Positions 43,029 through 59,547 of a stretch of 64,000 bases of DNA are shown in pieces. This DNA is from Eledone cirrhosa. Its lineage: Eukaryota. The stretch lies in contig OZ024742.1 in the NCBI GenBank assembly GCA_964016885.1, positions 288,300,001 to 288,364,000 of the forward strand. Direction: 5' to 3'. Within the stretch, counting starts at the first letter, position 1. Each line of letters begins with the position of its first letter. The position numbers were made by a program, and so were the translations under genes. The notes under the pieces are model-generated. The model saw only the letters and a program-made list of their open reading frames with translations, did no database searches and had not been told where the DNA came from.

Positions 43029-43900
43029 ACGTTCTTGGGAAACTCTAGATATTGACGAAAATCAAATAGCACTCTTTTTGGGAGGACTTTCGGTCCAGAG
43101 CCCATGGATAATTTCCAGAAATCCCTGGCCTGGTAGTGCTACTGAGGAGCTTTGCCAGTTCGAGATAAACTTATCAGGCATGGAAATACCGTCAGCTAGG
43201 TCTGTCTGAGATGTCACAGTGCGATGAAACCGTCCTGCACACAATCGTCCAGTGTCCGAGCATTGCTGACTTGTGACTTTATGTCGAACACCGGCTGTCA
43301 CATGAAGGACAAATCCGGTTATCAACTGAGTCCATTGTGAAGATTGTCCTGCTGCCTTCTTTTATTCAAGAAGGGCAGGCCATTTTTATCTGTCTTGTGA
43401 CCATGGTGAAAGAGGTTGTATGGTGGACATGCTCGAAAGGTTTGAAGATGAGCACTTTCCTCTTTGGTGAAGCCCTGATTAACTTCTTCAGGTTTCACTT
43501 AAAGAGGAAAATCAGGGTGGAAAGGGAAGTGCTACCTTCAAAGCAATTTGTTGAAAGGTGGGCGGGAGAGGCAAACATGGTCCAAGTGAATAGGCCTGCT
43601 CTGAATATGAGCTTGTAGATTGGAGGAGTACAACTGGGATAGAGCACTTACCCTAGAGATCAGGGCACCTGCAGTTTTATGGGAGGTTTTCCATGAGTGA
43701 TCCTCGAATATCTCCCTATTGAGGAACCTCCTTTCTTTTTATTTGATTGTTAACTTCCTTTTTTTTAATATTGTTAAATTTGTTTACATGCAAAACCCAC
43801 ATGCCAACACATATACACACACTCCATACTTTTGTCCTGTGTTGCCTTAATGTTTTTCTTGATGTGAGCCCTTTGTGGTTAATAAAGAAATTATTATTAT
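43029..43900 (+). mobile_element. L1/Tx1-clade LINE 3' fragment, degenerate
   Basis: zf-RVT-like ALPVRDKLIRHG..CLRC..ETVLHTIVQC; downstream ORF 43337-43618; AATAAA then (ATT)n tail. Confidence 0.65.
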
Positions 43901-44243
43901 TCCCGCCGAGGTTAGCTTTGCTTTTCATACTTATGAGGTTGATAAAATAAAGTACCAGTCACGCACTGGGGTTGATTTAATTGACTTTCCCCTCCCCTTC
44001 AAATTGCTGGCCTTGTGCCTAAAGTAGAAACAATTATTATTATTGTGGATTGGCAGTATTGGTAGAGGGTCGGACGCCATGCTTTGACGCATAGAGTTAC
44101 GGCCCTTGCTATTCTGAGTTCAAATCCCGCCGAGGTTAACTTTGCCTTTCATCCTTATGGGGTCGATAAAATAAAGTACCAGTAATACACTGGGTAATTG
44201 CTGGCCTTGTGCCTAACGTAGAAGCAATTATTATGATTATTAT
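43901..44243 (+). mobile_element. Two tandem Meta-type SINE copies (partial 43901-44043; full 44044-44243)
   Basis: A/B boxes in the second copy; core and (ATT)n tails in both. Confidence 0.8.
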
Positions 44244-44353
44244 TAAACTACCCATACTGTACTACTACTGTCATAGAAATGTGTGTATCTATATGTGTAC
44301 TTATCTGTGTGTGTGCACTTATATATGTGTATGTAAGCATCTTTATATATATA

Positions 44354-45388
44354 CTAGCAGTGGTACCCGGCGTTGCACGGGATAAGGTATTTTGGAACGC
44401 AGGCCGCGAACAGACCTAATCGTGGAAAAACTGCATGCTTGGACAATATGTAAAGAAAATATCCCGAATACCCTGATGGCTGGATAATCTTTAAGATTTT
44501 CCTTGATGAAGCAGGAAAAATGCAGGTTTTCACCTAGGGGATCAAGAAAATTAATTTTTTTTATGTGCATAATATGCCTTGAAATTTCGTGAAAATCGGC
44601 TAGACGTAACGCCTCAAAATTGTATTTGCTCGCGGTACGAAGAAGAGACTGACTAATTACATAGTTACAATTTCAAGGAAATCGGTCTGACATAATGCCT
44701 CAAAAAACCCTTAAAAAGCTGAAAAAACGCACTTTTTCACTTAATGCGGGCTCTAGGGGATCAAAAAGTTGAATTTTTTTTATGTGATGTGCATAACACT
44801 CCCTGAAACATAAGTAATACACATGTAAAGTTTGAAAAAAATTGGTTGGGTACTTCTCGAGTTTAACACACACACACACGTCCTTCCTTCCTCAGTTTTA
44901 TATATATATATATACATATATAAATTAAAATAACAGATAAAATTTAAGCAAAGAATCGTTGCTTTCACTCTTAATGGGATCTTCTGAAACAAAAAAAATC
45001 AATCTGTGAACGCAGGAGTAAATATTTCGGAAAACGTTGCGACCGAAGGAAAACAGGAAGACAATACTTTGGTTCGTGAAGACGTTCCCTGGCAATGAAC
45101 GGAAAATAGCGAACATAATATGTCATCAAGGTTCGTCAGAATGTCGTAATGCAGACAGCCAGGCATACAGACAGATATTATAAGAGCGCTACGGAGATGG
45201 ATAACCGGCGCCTAACACCCCTTTAACAACAGAAAATTGAAAAATAAAAGCTGCAGTTAATATCTTTAGACCGCAAAGAATATATAAATGCAAGTTTGAA
45301 GTCAATCGGAGTAGAAATGTGGATTTGTATAGACTTTGCAAAAATAAGGACACACACACACAGACAACAACAGTTTTATATATATAGA
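44354..45388 (-). mobile_element. Non-autonomous Helitron
   Basis: Minus 5' TCTATATATATAAAAC; 3' hairpin CCCGTGCAACGCCGGG followed by CTAG; inserted between A and T; second 5'-end-like motif at ~44893-44912. Confidence 0.75.
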
Positions 45389-46367
45389 TATATATATGTG
45401 TGTGTATGTACGTATACATGAATGTGCCTACTTCAATGGTTACTACTGCAATGAGTTCTGTATCATGGAATATGCTAGATTGATCAGAGCATTGCTAATA
45501 CCAGGGTCGTCGCTACCCTTAAGACCAACAAGGCTTCCACCTAGGGTGCAGACCTCAGAGAGGCACATTACTCAACCATAAAGTATCACAGTTTTATACA
45601 AATTAAATAAAATATATAATTTCCTGCAATCAATAGATATATTCTTAAACATCTTTGCTGCATAGCAGCATTGTTGAAATAGTCATAGGAGAGGAGAGGA
45701 TCTTATTGTGTTATGATTTTGGTGTGGGTGAGTGTGGACTGTGTAGTAGAAAATGCTGGTTTATTAGTTTACTTAATGTGGTCAGAGCAAGAAGTGTCAA
45801 AAACTAAGTTAATCAGCTGGCCCAACTGTAAGTTAAAAATATTTTATTTGGGAGAATTGGGGCACACAATGCCTGGGGTACTAAATACTCAAGCTTTAGC
45901 TCTGGCCACTCCCATCATTAGTTACTACAACCACCACCACCATCACCAACACTGTCACCACCACTACCACCACTACTACTACATCGATCATTGTTTTAAT
46001 TGTACTATAGCTACAACCTATACTGTATTAAGAGGTACTTTCTGATATAAACTGTAATAACAGTTATTGATTTATTTTTGTATATTGATGCATGTATATA
46101 TATAGTCTGGTGTGTGTATATATATATACATGCATATATATATATATATACATGCATATATATATATTTTGTGTGTATTATATCTGGCTATATATCTAAT
46201 GCATAATGTGTGTATATATATATATCGTTTTGGATCACTGGATTTTCTGACAGCTTTTTGCTTTGTACCAATATACCACAACTCACTACCACTTTTCCTC
46301 CACTTTTCTTTTCTTACTATCTCCATCTCACCATTTTATTTCTCTCTCATCCCATTACCCCCTCGTG

Positions 46368-46575
46368 GTTTCTGATTTAGGTACAAGGCCAGCAATTTTG
46401 GGGAAGGGAAAGTCGATTAAATCGGCCCCAGTGCATGACTGGTACTTTATTTTGTCAACCACGTGAGGATGAAAGGCAAAGTTAACCTAGGCAGGATTTG
46501 AATTCAGAACGTAAAGAGTCATAAACTCTATGCTGCAAAGCATGGTGTCTGACGCTCTACCGATTCTGCCAATCA
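46368..46575 (-). mobile_element. Meta-type SINE
   Basis: Head, core and tail similar to 597-782. Confidence 0.8.
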
Positions 46576-47052
46576 AACTCCCTTACAAATGCATTTATCT
46601 GACTATTCCACTAATTGATAAACGAAGGCATCAGAATTCTGCTACAACATCAGCAATAGAAAAACGAATGATCTAATGATCAGTTCTTTTCTTCTGACAG
46701 GAATTGTGAATGACAGATTGTATCAATCATAGAAAGACCAATGAAACATGGTTACTTTAGTCCAGTCTGATGATCAGTTCCTTCACTTTTTATTTTAACC
46801 CTTTAGCATTTAAACCGGCTCTATCTGGCCAGAATTCTCTCACCTCTTTCTGTTCAAACTGGCCACTCATACTGATGTTAAGGTATTGTTCTCAAAATAA
46901 ATAATATCAAAATCTCATAGATTCGATATAATGTGAGATAATTATGTGAGGTAAAGCCTTTACTGTGAAAATACAATAGTAAATATAGAGTAATATAAAT
47001 TACTAAAGGAGTTTTGATGTGATGTAATTTAAAGTTTCTCTTGTCTTTGCAG

Positions 47053-47090
47053 GTATTTGAAGATGCTGTAGAAAATATAGGTACTATCAT
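47053..47090 (+). CDS. 38-nt micro-exon, probable exon 2 of the TTC39B-like gene
   Basis: Strong acceptor tttctcttgtctttgcag and donor gtaagt; VFEDAVENIGTI in phase 0; joined sequence SGSD-VFEDAVE resembles TTC39B N-terminal DEDVFEDALETI. Confidence 0.55.
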
Positions 47091-47974
47091 GTAAGTATTT
47101 TAACCGTTTCCTAGCCATATTTCTAATGAAATCCACAGTATTTCAATTAATTATTGAAGAAATTTGAGGAATTTATTAAGATTGTTAATTACTAGTACAC
47201 AACCTATGGTTTTATAGACAGAATAAGTAAAATTCAGTTTTTTCTCCAAACTTTTACAAGGTTGTTTGTGGATAGTATGTGTGTGTGTATATATGAAAAT
47301 ACATATAAGACTCAACAAGTGGTAAAGAAAGAAAAGGAAATATTAAAACCTTAAGGCCTATAAGACCTGGTCAGTAAGTCTCAAAACAGTTACAGTGGGA
47401 CTCTATCAGTGACCAGGTCATCCTGCCAACTCACCCACATCATGCCTATCACCCTCCTAATATCTATCTATCCTTCCCACAAAAACAAAATGGCTCACTT
47501 GGGACAAGTCATCATTTGCCTCATAGAGTAAAGAGGGCTGGGTCTTCAGTTGAGTCAACCTTAGGGCTTATACCACAATAAAATACAACCAATACACTCT
47601 GTAAAATAACTGGTGGTAGGAAGCACATCCAGCCATAGAAACCATGCCAGACAAAGGGTTGAAAGGATTCTTCAGTTGTGTCAAAGGCACAACAACCTTT
47701 CTAGTGTTGGTGCCATGATAAAATGCACCCAGTATACTCTATAAATTGGTTGGTGATAGGATGGGCATCCAGCTATAAAAAAAACTTGCCAAACAAGGGG
47801 TCAAGAGGGCTCTTTAGTTGTGTCAAAACATGACAACCTTCCTAACGCTGCTACCACAGTAAAATGTACTCAATACACTATGTAGTATACAGGAATGTAT
47901 GTGAGATGCAACCTGTCTCCAGCCTCTGGCCCATCTGGAATGTCAGTGGCTCCAGCATGATACTAACTGGTATA

Positions 47975-48990
47975 ACATTTGTTATCAGGTAAAACAGAAG
48001 TTAAATGATGAGAAGGATAAAGATCATATGACCCTGATCCCATCAGGAATACAGCCCTCCTCAATATGCAAAAGAGAAGTAGGCAGAAACTTGATATGAT
48101 GTTGGGTACACAAGAGGTATTGTGGGTTGCAGGCATACTAACAGGAAAGGAAGACTTCATACATACTAGATGAACAGGGGTAATCAATGGGAAGAGCATC
48201 AGTGATATAAATCTTTTCCAATCACATGAAGGATCTATAGAAGAGGTTGATAGCTAGGTGATCTACTGTATATACTCGAATATAAGCCGAAGAATATGTG
48301 ACGAAAAAATCGATGGTAAAATGGGAGAGTCAACTTATATTCAGGGTAAACATTTTGACAATTTACACCAACTTCACCAATTATGTAAATAAGATGCCAA
48401 AATATGTGGAGTAATTATTTCACTATGAAATGTTTTCCTACATTTCCTATATTGTCAGGAGTTTTATTTATACATTGTCTTGAGAATATTCCCACAAAGT
48501 TTTATCATTTGAACTTTTTAATACATAAATAAACACATACACATAAACGTATACATGCACACGTGAACATAAACACATGTGCGCTGACTGTTTTTCTCTG
48601 TGACTTACCTAATTATACTTTTTCTTTAGATCTTATTTTGTTTTATTTTGCTCTCTCTCTTCTCTCACTCTCGCTTTTTTTTCACACTGCCTCTACTCAC
48701 TTGCTGTCTCTTCCTCCCTCTTCTAAAGTCATTACGTAGTGGATTTGTGAAACAAAAACTATACTATCAAAATATCAAAACTTCATAAACATTTTCTCCA
48801 CTCATGAGAATTTCAAAACAGCACCATAATGTCTTGATTAGCTGTCTCAGCTTATAAATGGGGTTTTGATTTTTGTCCATTTCTCAGACATAAGATAGGG
48901 AGTCGACTTATATTCAAGTATATATGGTAATTAGCAGTGGAGGAGGGTGCTTCTAGCGCATAATAGCTAGAATAGATATAGTTTAGAGCA
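47975..48990 (+). mobile_element. Degenerate RTE fragment interrupted by a DNA transposon
   Basis: RTE sequence CTAGGTGATC|TA|ATTAGCAGTGGAGGAGGGTGC is contiguous once the insert is removed. Confidence 0.7.
48266..48927. mobile_element. Non-autonomous Tc1/mariner-superfamily (Tc2/pogo-like) DNA transposon with TA duplication
   Basis: TIRs CTGTATATACTCGAATATAAGCCGA / TCGACTTATATTCAAGTATATATGG flanked by TA; related partial end at ~33795-33870. Confidence 0.8.
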
Positions 48991-49889
48991 AAGGTTCTCA
49001 ACGAGGGGCATATGCCCCCCCCCCCGTTTGGAGCAGGGGGGGGGGGGGGGGGGCTGGAAGGCTATTTACGTAGGTAAGTTTTATAAGCCATATTTGTACA
49101 TCTCTGGGACAGCCAGTATGAATGCATTTGAATGAAGAAAACGAAGAAAATAAATAAAAGAATTCCCTAGGGAGATAAAAGAAAAACGAAAGAAATCAAA
49201 GAAAATGAAAATAAGGACAACTTCTACTTTTACAACAGTTACAAGAACAACAGAAACGACAAGAAAAAGAAGCAATGCTGATGAAAGGTGTGGGTCTATA
49301 CATACATACAATCATACACACACATGCATACATACATACATACACACATTCATACATACATACACATATATACACACACAGGCCGGGGTTGGTGTTTGAT
49401 GAGGTTAAGAACCTGGTCAGCTTTCAGCCAAAGCTGTGGTATTTAATCTCCCTAGGTAATAAAATCTGGAGCCAAAATTTTCTCCTTACCAAAAAAAAAC
49501 ATAAATCATGTCAACATCCCTACACACTTAAATATAAATGCATGTATAAATGCAGTCCCACTGCCTGGGCCGACCAAAGTCTTTTGAGTGGATTTGATAG
49601 ACCGAAACTAAAAGAAGCGCATTGTATATATGTATATATGTCTGTGTGTGTTTTTGCATTCGTGTTTGCGCTCCCAACAATGCTTGTTGGTTTGTTGACG
49701 TCCCCATAACTTACCAAGGTGATGCTCCAGCATGGGTGTAGTCCAGAGACAGAAAAAAGTAAAGTGTATATATATATGTGTGTGTGTGTAGAAGAGGGGT
49801 CTCAAACTGAAGGACATAAAAGGGCCATTATGTCCTGGAGGAGAGGCACAGTGGGTCAAATGTGGTGGTGGATGATGATTTTCACCAGT

Positions 49890-50123
49890 TACAATCATTT
49901 CTACTATAGGCTCAAGGCATGAATTTTAAGGTTTAGGTTCCTGTCGATTATATCAATCCCAATAAATTAAGTACCAGTTCACAACTGGTACTTAATTTAT
50001 CGACTCCAAAAGGATGTAAAGCAAAGTTGAGATGGGCGGAATTTGAACTCGGAACATAAAACCGGAAGAAGTACCGCTAAGCATTTCACCAGATGTGCTA
50101 ACGATTCCACCAGCTCACCGCCT
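49890..50123 (-). mobile_element. Meta-type SINE, divergent subfamily
   Basis: Minus: GGCGGTGAGCTGGTGGAATCGTTAGC...GAGTTCAAATTCC...TTTACATCCTTTTGGAGTCGATAAATTAAGTACCAGT. Confidence 0.75.
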
Positions 50124-50279
50124 TATTTTCACCAGTTATAATGGAATCTGAAATATTGGTTCTACCACGGGCCATAGAAAAGTAGTTCGCGGGCCGCACG
50201 TTTGAGCCCCCTGTTGGAGAGATAGATAGACGCGTCGTACCAAACACACACACACTTCTTACTCTCTCTCTGTCTCTCC

Positions 50280-50322
<43 letters not shown>

Positions 50323-50324
<2 letters not shown>

Positions 50325-51405
50325 GGGTGTAGGTAGGAACTCCATTCTCTGCCCCAAATGCAAACAATGGGTACACAAGAGATGTAGCGGGATCTGAGGA
50401 AGCTTAATTAAGAATGTAGGCTTCACATGCAGCAGCTGTGCTGGGACAGCAAGCAGCAAACAGCCACAGGAAACAAGTACCACTAATCTCTGGGAGGGCT
50501 CTGTAGAAACAGTAGACAACTTCTGCTAACTAGGTGACCGAATTAGCAGCGGAGGTGGGTGTTCAGAAAATACAATAACTAGGGTAAGAACGGGATGGAA
50601 GAAGTTTAGGGAACTACTACCACTGCTAGCTGCAAAAGGCTTCTCCCTCAAAATGAAAGGCAGACTATATGATGCGTGTATCCGAACAGCGATGTTGCAT
50701 GGTAGTGAGACCTGGGCGCTGAAGGTGGAAGACTTACGTAGATTAGAGAGAAACGAAGCCTGCATGCTCCGATGGATGTGTAATAGTAATATACGCGAAC
50801 GACAAAGCATAAATGAATTGAGAGAGAGACTGAGCATAAGAGGAATCAAATGCTGTGTGCAAGAGAGGCGGTTGCGTTGGTATGGACATGTGATGCATAT
50901 GAAGGATGACAGCTGCATAAAAAGGTGCGGAGCACTAGAAGTCGATGGAAACCGCAGAGTGGGGAGACCCAAGATGACCTGGGATGAGGTGATAAAAGCC
51001 GACCTGACCCAATTACACCTCTCAAAGGCGATGACACACGACCGTGACTTCTGGCGTCACGCAGTAATACAGAGTACCCGACCTCCCATGGGTACAAGCT
51101 GAAGCATATAGACAATATGCCCCCACACCCTCCCACTGCAAGGTGGTCGTGGAGGTGCCACGGCAAAAAAGCACCCATCCCACACTGTAAAGTGGACGTG
51201 TAGGCGCCACGAAAAAGCACCCAGAACTCACTGTAAATGAGGTTGGTGTTAGGAAGGGCATCCAGCTGTAGAAATCAAGTCAAATCAGTTCCTGTATGAG
51301 CAAGGCATGGTCAGCCGACCAGACACTGCCCACAACAGGATAACCCGTCTAACCCATGCTAGCGTGGAAGAACGGACGTAAAACGTTGATGATGATGATG
51401 ATGAT
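50323..51405 (+). mobile_element. RTE LINE 3' fragment (5'-truncated at (TA)n) with 3' UTR
   Basis: ORF 50653-51102 strongly similar to C-terminus of 55413-58640; upstream stops; (GAT)n tail. Confidence 0.9.
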
Positions 51406-51416
51406 ATATATATAAT

Positions 51417-51757
51417 GGAGGCACATGGCTTAGTGGTTAGAGCATTGGCCTTGCAATCGAAAGATTGTGAGTTCAATTCTCAGACTGGGTGATGTGTTGT
51501 TTCCTTGAGCAAGACACTTTATTTCACATTGCTCCAGTTTACTCAGCTGTAAAAATGAGATGATAGGGACTGAGGTCCCTATCATTCCACTGCAAAGTGG
51601 TTGTGGAGGTGCCACGGCAAAAGAAAGCACCCAGCACTCACTGTAAATGAGGTTGGTGTTAGGAAGGGCATCCAGCTGTAGAAATCAGGCCAAAATCAGT
51701 TCCCGTCCCACCCTTGCAAGCAGGGAAAAGCGGACATAAAATGATGATGATGATGAT
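51417..51757 (+). mobile_element. CORE-type tRNA-derived SINE
   Basis: Near-identical to 20228-20561. Confidence 0.88.
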
Positions 51758-51819
51758 ACATATATATATCATCATCATCATCATCTTTGTTTAACGTCCA
51801 TGATGATGATGATGATGAT

Positions 51820-52164
51820 ATCATCATCATCATCATTTCATTTTACATCCGCTTTTTCCCTGCTTGCAAGGGTGGGACGGGAACTGATTCTGGGTTGATT
51901 TCTACAGCTGGATGCCCTTCCTAACACCAACCTCATTTACAGTGAGTGCTGGGTGCTTTTTTGCCGTGGCACCTGCACGACCACTTTGCAGTGGAATGAT
52001 ATGGACCCCAATCCCTATCATCTCATTTCTACAGCTGAGTAAACTGGAGCAATGTGAAATAAAGTGTCTTGCTCAAGGAAACAACACATCACCCAGTCTG
52101 AGAATTGAACTCACAACCTTTCGATTGCAAGGCCAATGCTCTAACCACTAAGCCATGTGCCTCC
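51820..52164 (-). mobile_element. CORE-type tRNA-derived SINE (inverted partner of 51417-51757)
   Basis: Reverse complement of preceding copy with few differences. Confidence 0.88.
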
Positions 52165-52924
52165 ATATATGTATATATATATATACATATATATACATAT
52201 CTATATATGGCGTTGTTATTTGATGTTGTTGAAAAGAACACTGGCCTTTGACCCGGCAATATAAACTGGAGACAAAATTCTTTCTGTACCAAAAACAAGG
52301 CACACGTGTGTGTGTGTGTGTGTGTTAGTGTGCACACGCGTGTGTATGTGTGTATCTATCTATGTATATATAAGGGATACAGATATTGTTTGTTCACTGT
52401 CACCAAGCATCTCAATTCATTTGTTGCAACTTAGTTTGTGATCGAGGCATATTATTTTGCAAGGTACTATTTTTTCCCTTGAGTTTGTGATTCAAGAGAA
52501 AGGTAAGAATTTCTTCATATTTAGCATCTTTTGTATTTTGACTTTACAGTTTGAATTGTAGAATTGTCTATCCACTCAAAATATTACAACAGCTAACAGT
52601 GAAATATAGAATTTAAAAAAAAAGCTTTTTCGACTGAGATCACATCTTTGAGAACATTCACGTCTTTTTTTTTTAAATATATAATTTGAAACAGCTTGCT
52701 TTTGTTTAGACTGAAACTTTTTTGTATTTAATTCGTACGAGTATTTTTTGAAGATCTTTTTAAAGATTCTAACATAACTTGATTTGGCCCAGTAATCTAC
52801 TGATATTAAAATCAGTAGTATATTGAAAAAGGGAAAAATAGGGGGGGGGGGGCGTTTCGTGATGTTGATGTTGAGGGGCATAAGGGGGCGTTTGGCCGAA
52901 ATGGGTTAAGAACCTTCGGTTTAG

Positions 52925-53417
52925 AGTTAACAACAAATGGTTTTTCCTTATGAATGAACAGATGGCTGAATGACACCTGTGTGCAAAATGAAATGCTGCA
53001 TGGTAGTGAAACATGGGCAGTGACTGCCGAAGACATGCATAAGCTCGAGAGAGATGAAGCAACCACGCTTCAATGGATGTGCAATGTAAATGAGAGAACA
53101 GTTCAGCTTGGATGAACTGAGGGAGAAACTGGGTTTAAGAGGAATCAGTGTGCAAAAGAGAAGACTGCATTGGTATGAACATGTGATGACGATTGCTGAG
53201 TGAAGAAGTGCCAAGAAATCCCTGTAGAAGGAAGTTGCAGTAGAGGTAGAGCAAAGAAGACCTGGACAGAGGGAGTTGAGAGCTGATCTCAAATCACTGA
53301 AAGTCACAATGGAGATGTCAAGGGAACGTGACAAGTGGAGAAATGCTGTACTGAAAGGGACCCATCCAACCCATGCAAGCATGGAAAAAGAGATGTAAAA
53401 TTGATGTTGATGATGAT
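52925..53417 (+). mobile_element. Degenerate RTE 3' fragment
   Basis: [23 protein letters not shown] remnants; (GAT)n-like tail. Confidence 0.8.
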
Positions 53418-54245
53418 ATATATATATACCATATTTGACAGCTTATAAGATGCACTTTTTTTCAAAGAAAATGTTCCAGAAAATCATCCAGTGTCTTATA
53501 AGGTTGAGTGTCAGTTTGTGTTACTGGCTAGTAGAGTTCTAGTGCTGCAGTGGTCCCTAAATTAAACTGTAAACATCTCCATAAACATTAACAAGGTAGT
53601 GATCACTCCTACATCAACAATGGCAGCTCTTTTCTAAGGTAACAATGCACAACAGTAGTACTTATTGGTACTTCATATAAAATAAAACATCATAAATTTT
53701 ATGATGAATAAAATCAATTTATCTTTACACTTCATTATGTTTTTAAAATGTACTAAAATATTACAACTAGAATTATGATATAGAAAAATTCAATGTGCAA
53801 ACTTTATACCCTTCACCTGATATTCGAAGTTTGAACCCATTTATTATGTTTTATTTTAAATGCCTGCCCAAATTGAGGGGTGTCTTATGTGCCATCAAAT
53901 ACGATATATATATATACATATATATGTATATATATACATATATATATATGTATATATATACATATACATATATATATATGTATATGTATATATATACATA
54001 TATATATATGTATATATATACATATACATATATATATATGTATATGTATATATATACATATATATATGTATATGTATATATATATACATATATATATGTA
54101 TATGTATATATATATACATATATATATATGTATATGTATATATATACATATATATATATGTATATGTATATATATACATATATATATATGTATATATATA
54201 CATATATATATATGTATATGTATATATATACATATATATATATGT

Positions 54246-54594
54246 ATCATCATCATCATCATCATTTCATTTTACGTCCACTTTTCCCTGCTTGCAAGGG
54301 TGGGACGGGAACTGATTCTGGCTTGATTTCTACAGCTGGATGCCCTTCCTAACACCAACCTCATTTACAGTGAGTGCTGGGTGCTTTTTTTTGCCGTGGC
54401 ACCTCCACGACCACTTTGCAGTGGAATGATAGTGACCCCAGTCCCTATCATCTCATTTCTACAGCTGAGTAAACTGGAGCAATGTGAAATAAAGTGCCTT
54501 GCTCAAGGAAACAACACATCACCCGGTCTGAGAATTGAACTCACAACCTTTCGATTGCAAGGCCAATGCTCTAACCACTAAGCCATGTGCCTCC
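54246..54594 (-). mobile_element. CORE-type tRNA-derived SINE
   Basis: Near-identical to other copies; inserted in (TA)n. Confidence 0.88.
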
Positions 54595-54660
54595 ATATAT
54601 GTATATATATATATATATGTATATGTATATATATACATATATATATATGTATATATATAC

Positions 54661-54695
<35 letters not shown>

Positions 54696-54708
54696 CATAT
54701 ACATATAC

Positions 54709-54803
<95 letters not shown>

Positions 54804-54894
54804 CATATACATATACATATACATATATATATACATATATATATACATATATATATACATATATATATACATATATATATACATATATATATAC

Positions 54895-58770
<3,876 letters not shown>

Positions 58771-58795
58771 TATACATATACATATATATATATAC

Positions 58796-58846
<51 letters not shown>

Positions 58847-58847
58847 C

Positions 58848-58926
<79 letters not shown>

Positions 58927-58943
58927 TACATATATATACATAT

Positions 58944-58978
<35 letters not shown>

Positions 58979-58989
58979 CATATATATAC

Positions 58990-59036
<47 letters not shown>

Positions 59037-59093
59037 TATACATATATATATATATACATATATATACATATATATATATATACATATATATAC

Positions 59094-59212
<119 letters not shown>

Positions 59213-59502
59213 CATATATACATATATATATATACATATATATGTATATATGCATACTAGTATTTCAGTATACATATGTGGATGTACATTTTTAACTTAA
59301 TTGTTTAAGCGTCAGTCATACAAAAGTGAGTTACAAACGAAACGAAATTTAATTTCGTTTCGTTATTTGTTTTTATCGTCTCCGCTGAACCGGTACGTAC
59401 TCACGCTCTATGCAAATTAGTCTGCCCACTACTAATTTTCATAGAAAAAGCATATAACGATATGTGCTTTTACGATTCTCTAGAAAGGCCGGAAGATAGG
59501 TA

Positions 59503-59547
59503 AATATTGCTGATGAGATGTAACAACATCGAAACTAGTCCAATATT
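59503..59547 (+). ncRNA. Type I hammerhead ribozyme, copy 1
   Basis: AATATTG-CTGATGA-GATGT AACA ACATC-GAAA-CTA-GTC-CAATATT; 7-bp stem I, 5-bp stem II, GUC triplet (cut predicted after 59540). Confidence 0.9.

Noticed and set aside
39566-47090. WDR83 as the divergent neighbour of Asterix
   Set aside because: No WD40-like coding sequence seen; recovered exons resemble a TTC39B-type N-terminus instead
52381-52510. Possible further + strand exon ending at AG|GTAAGA (~52502)
   Set aside because: No clear acceptor or open frame with recognisable similarity
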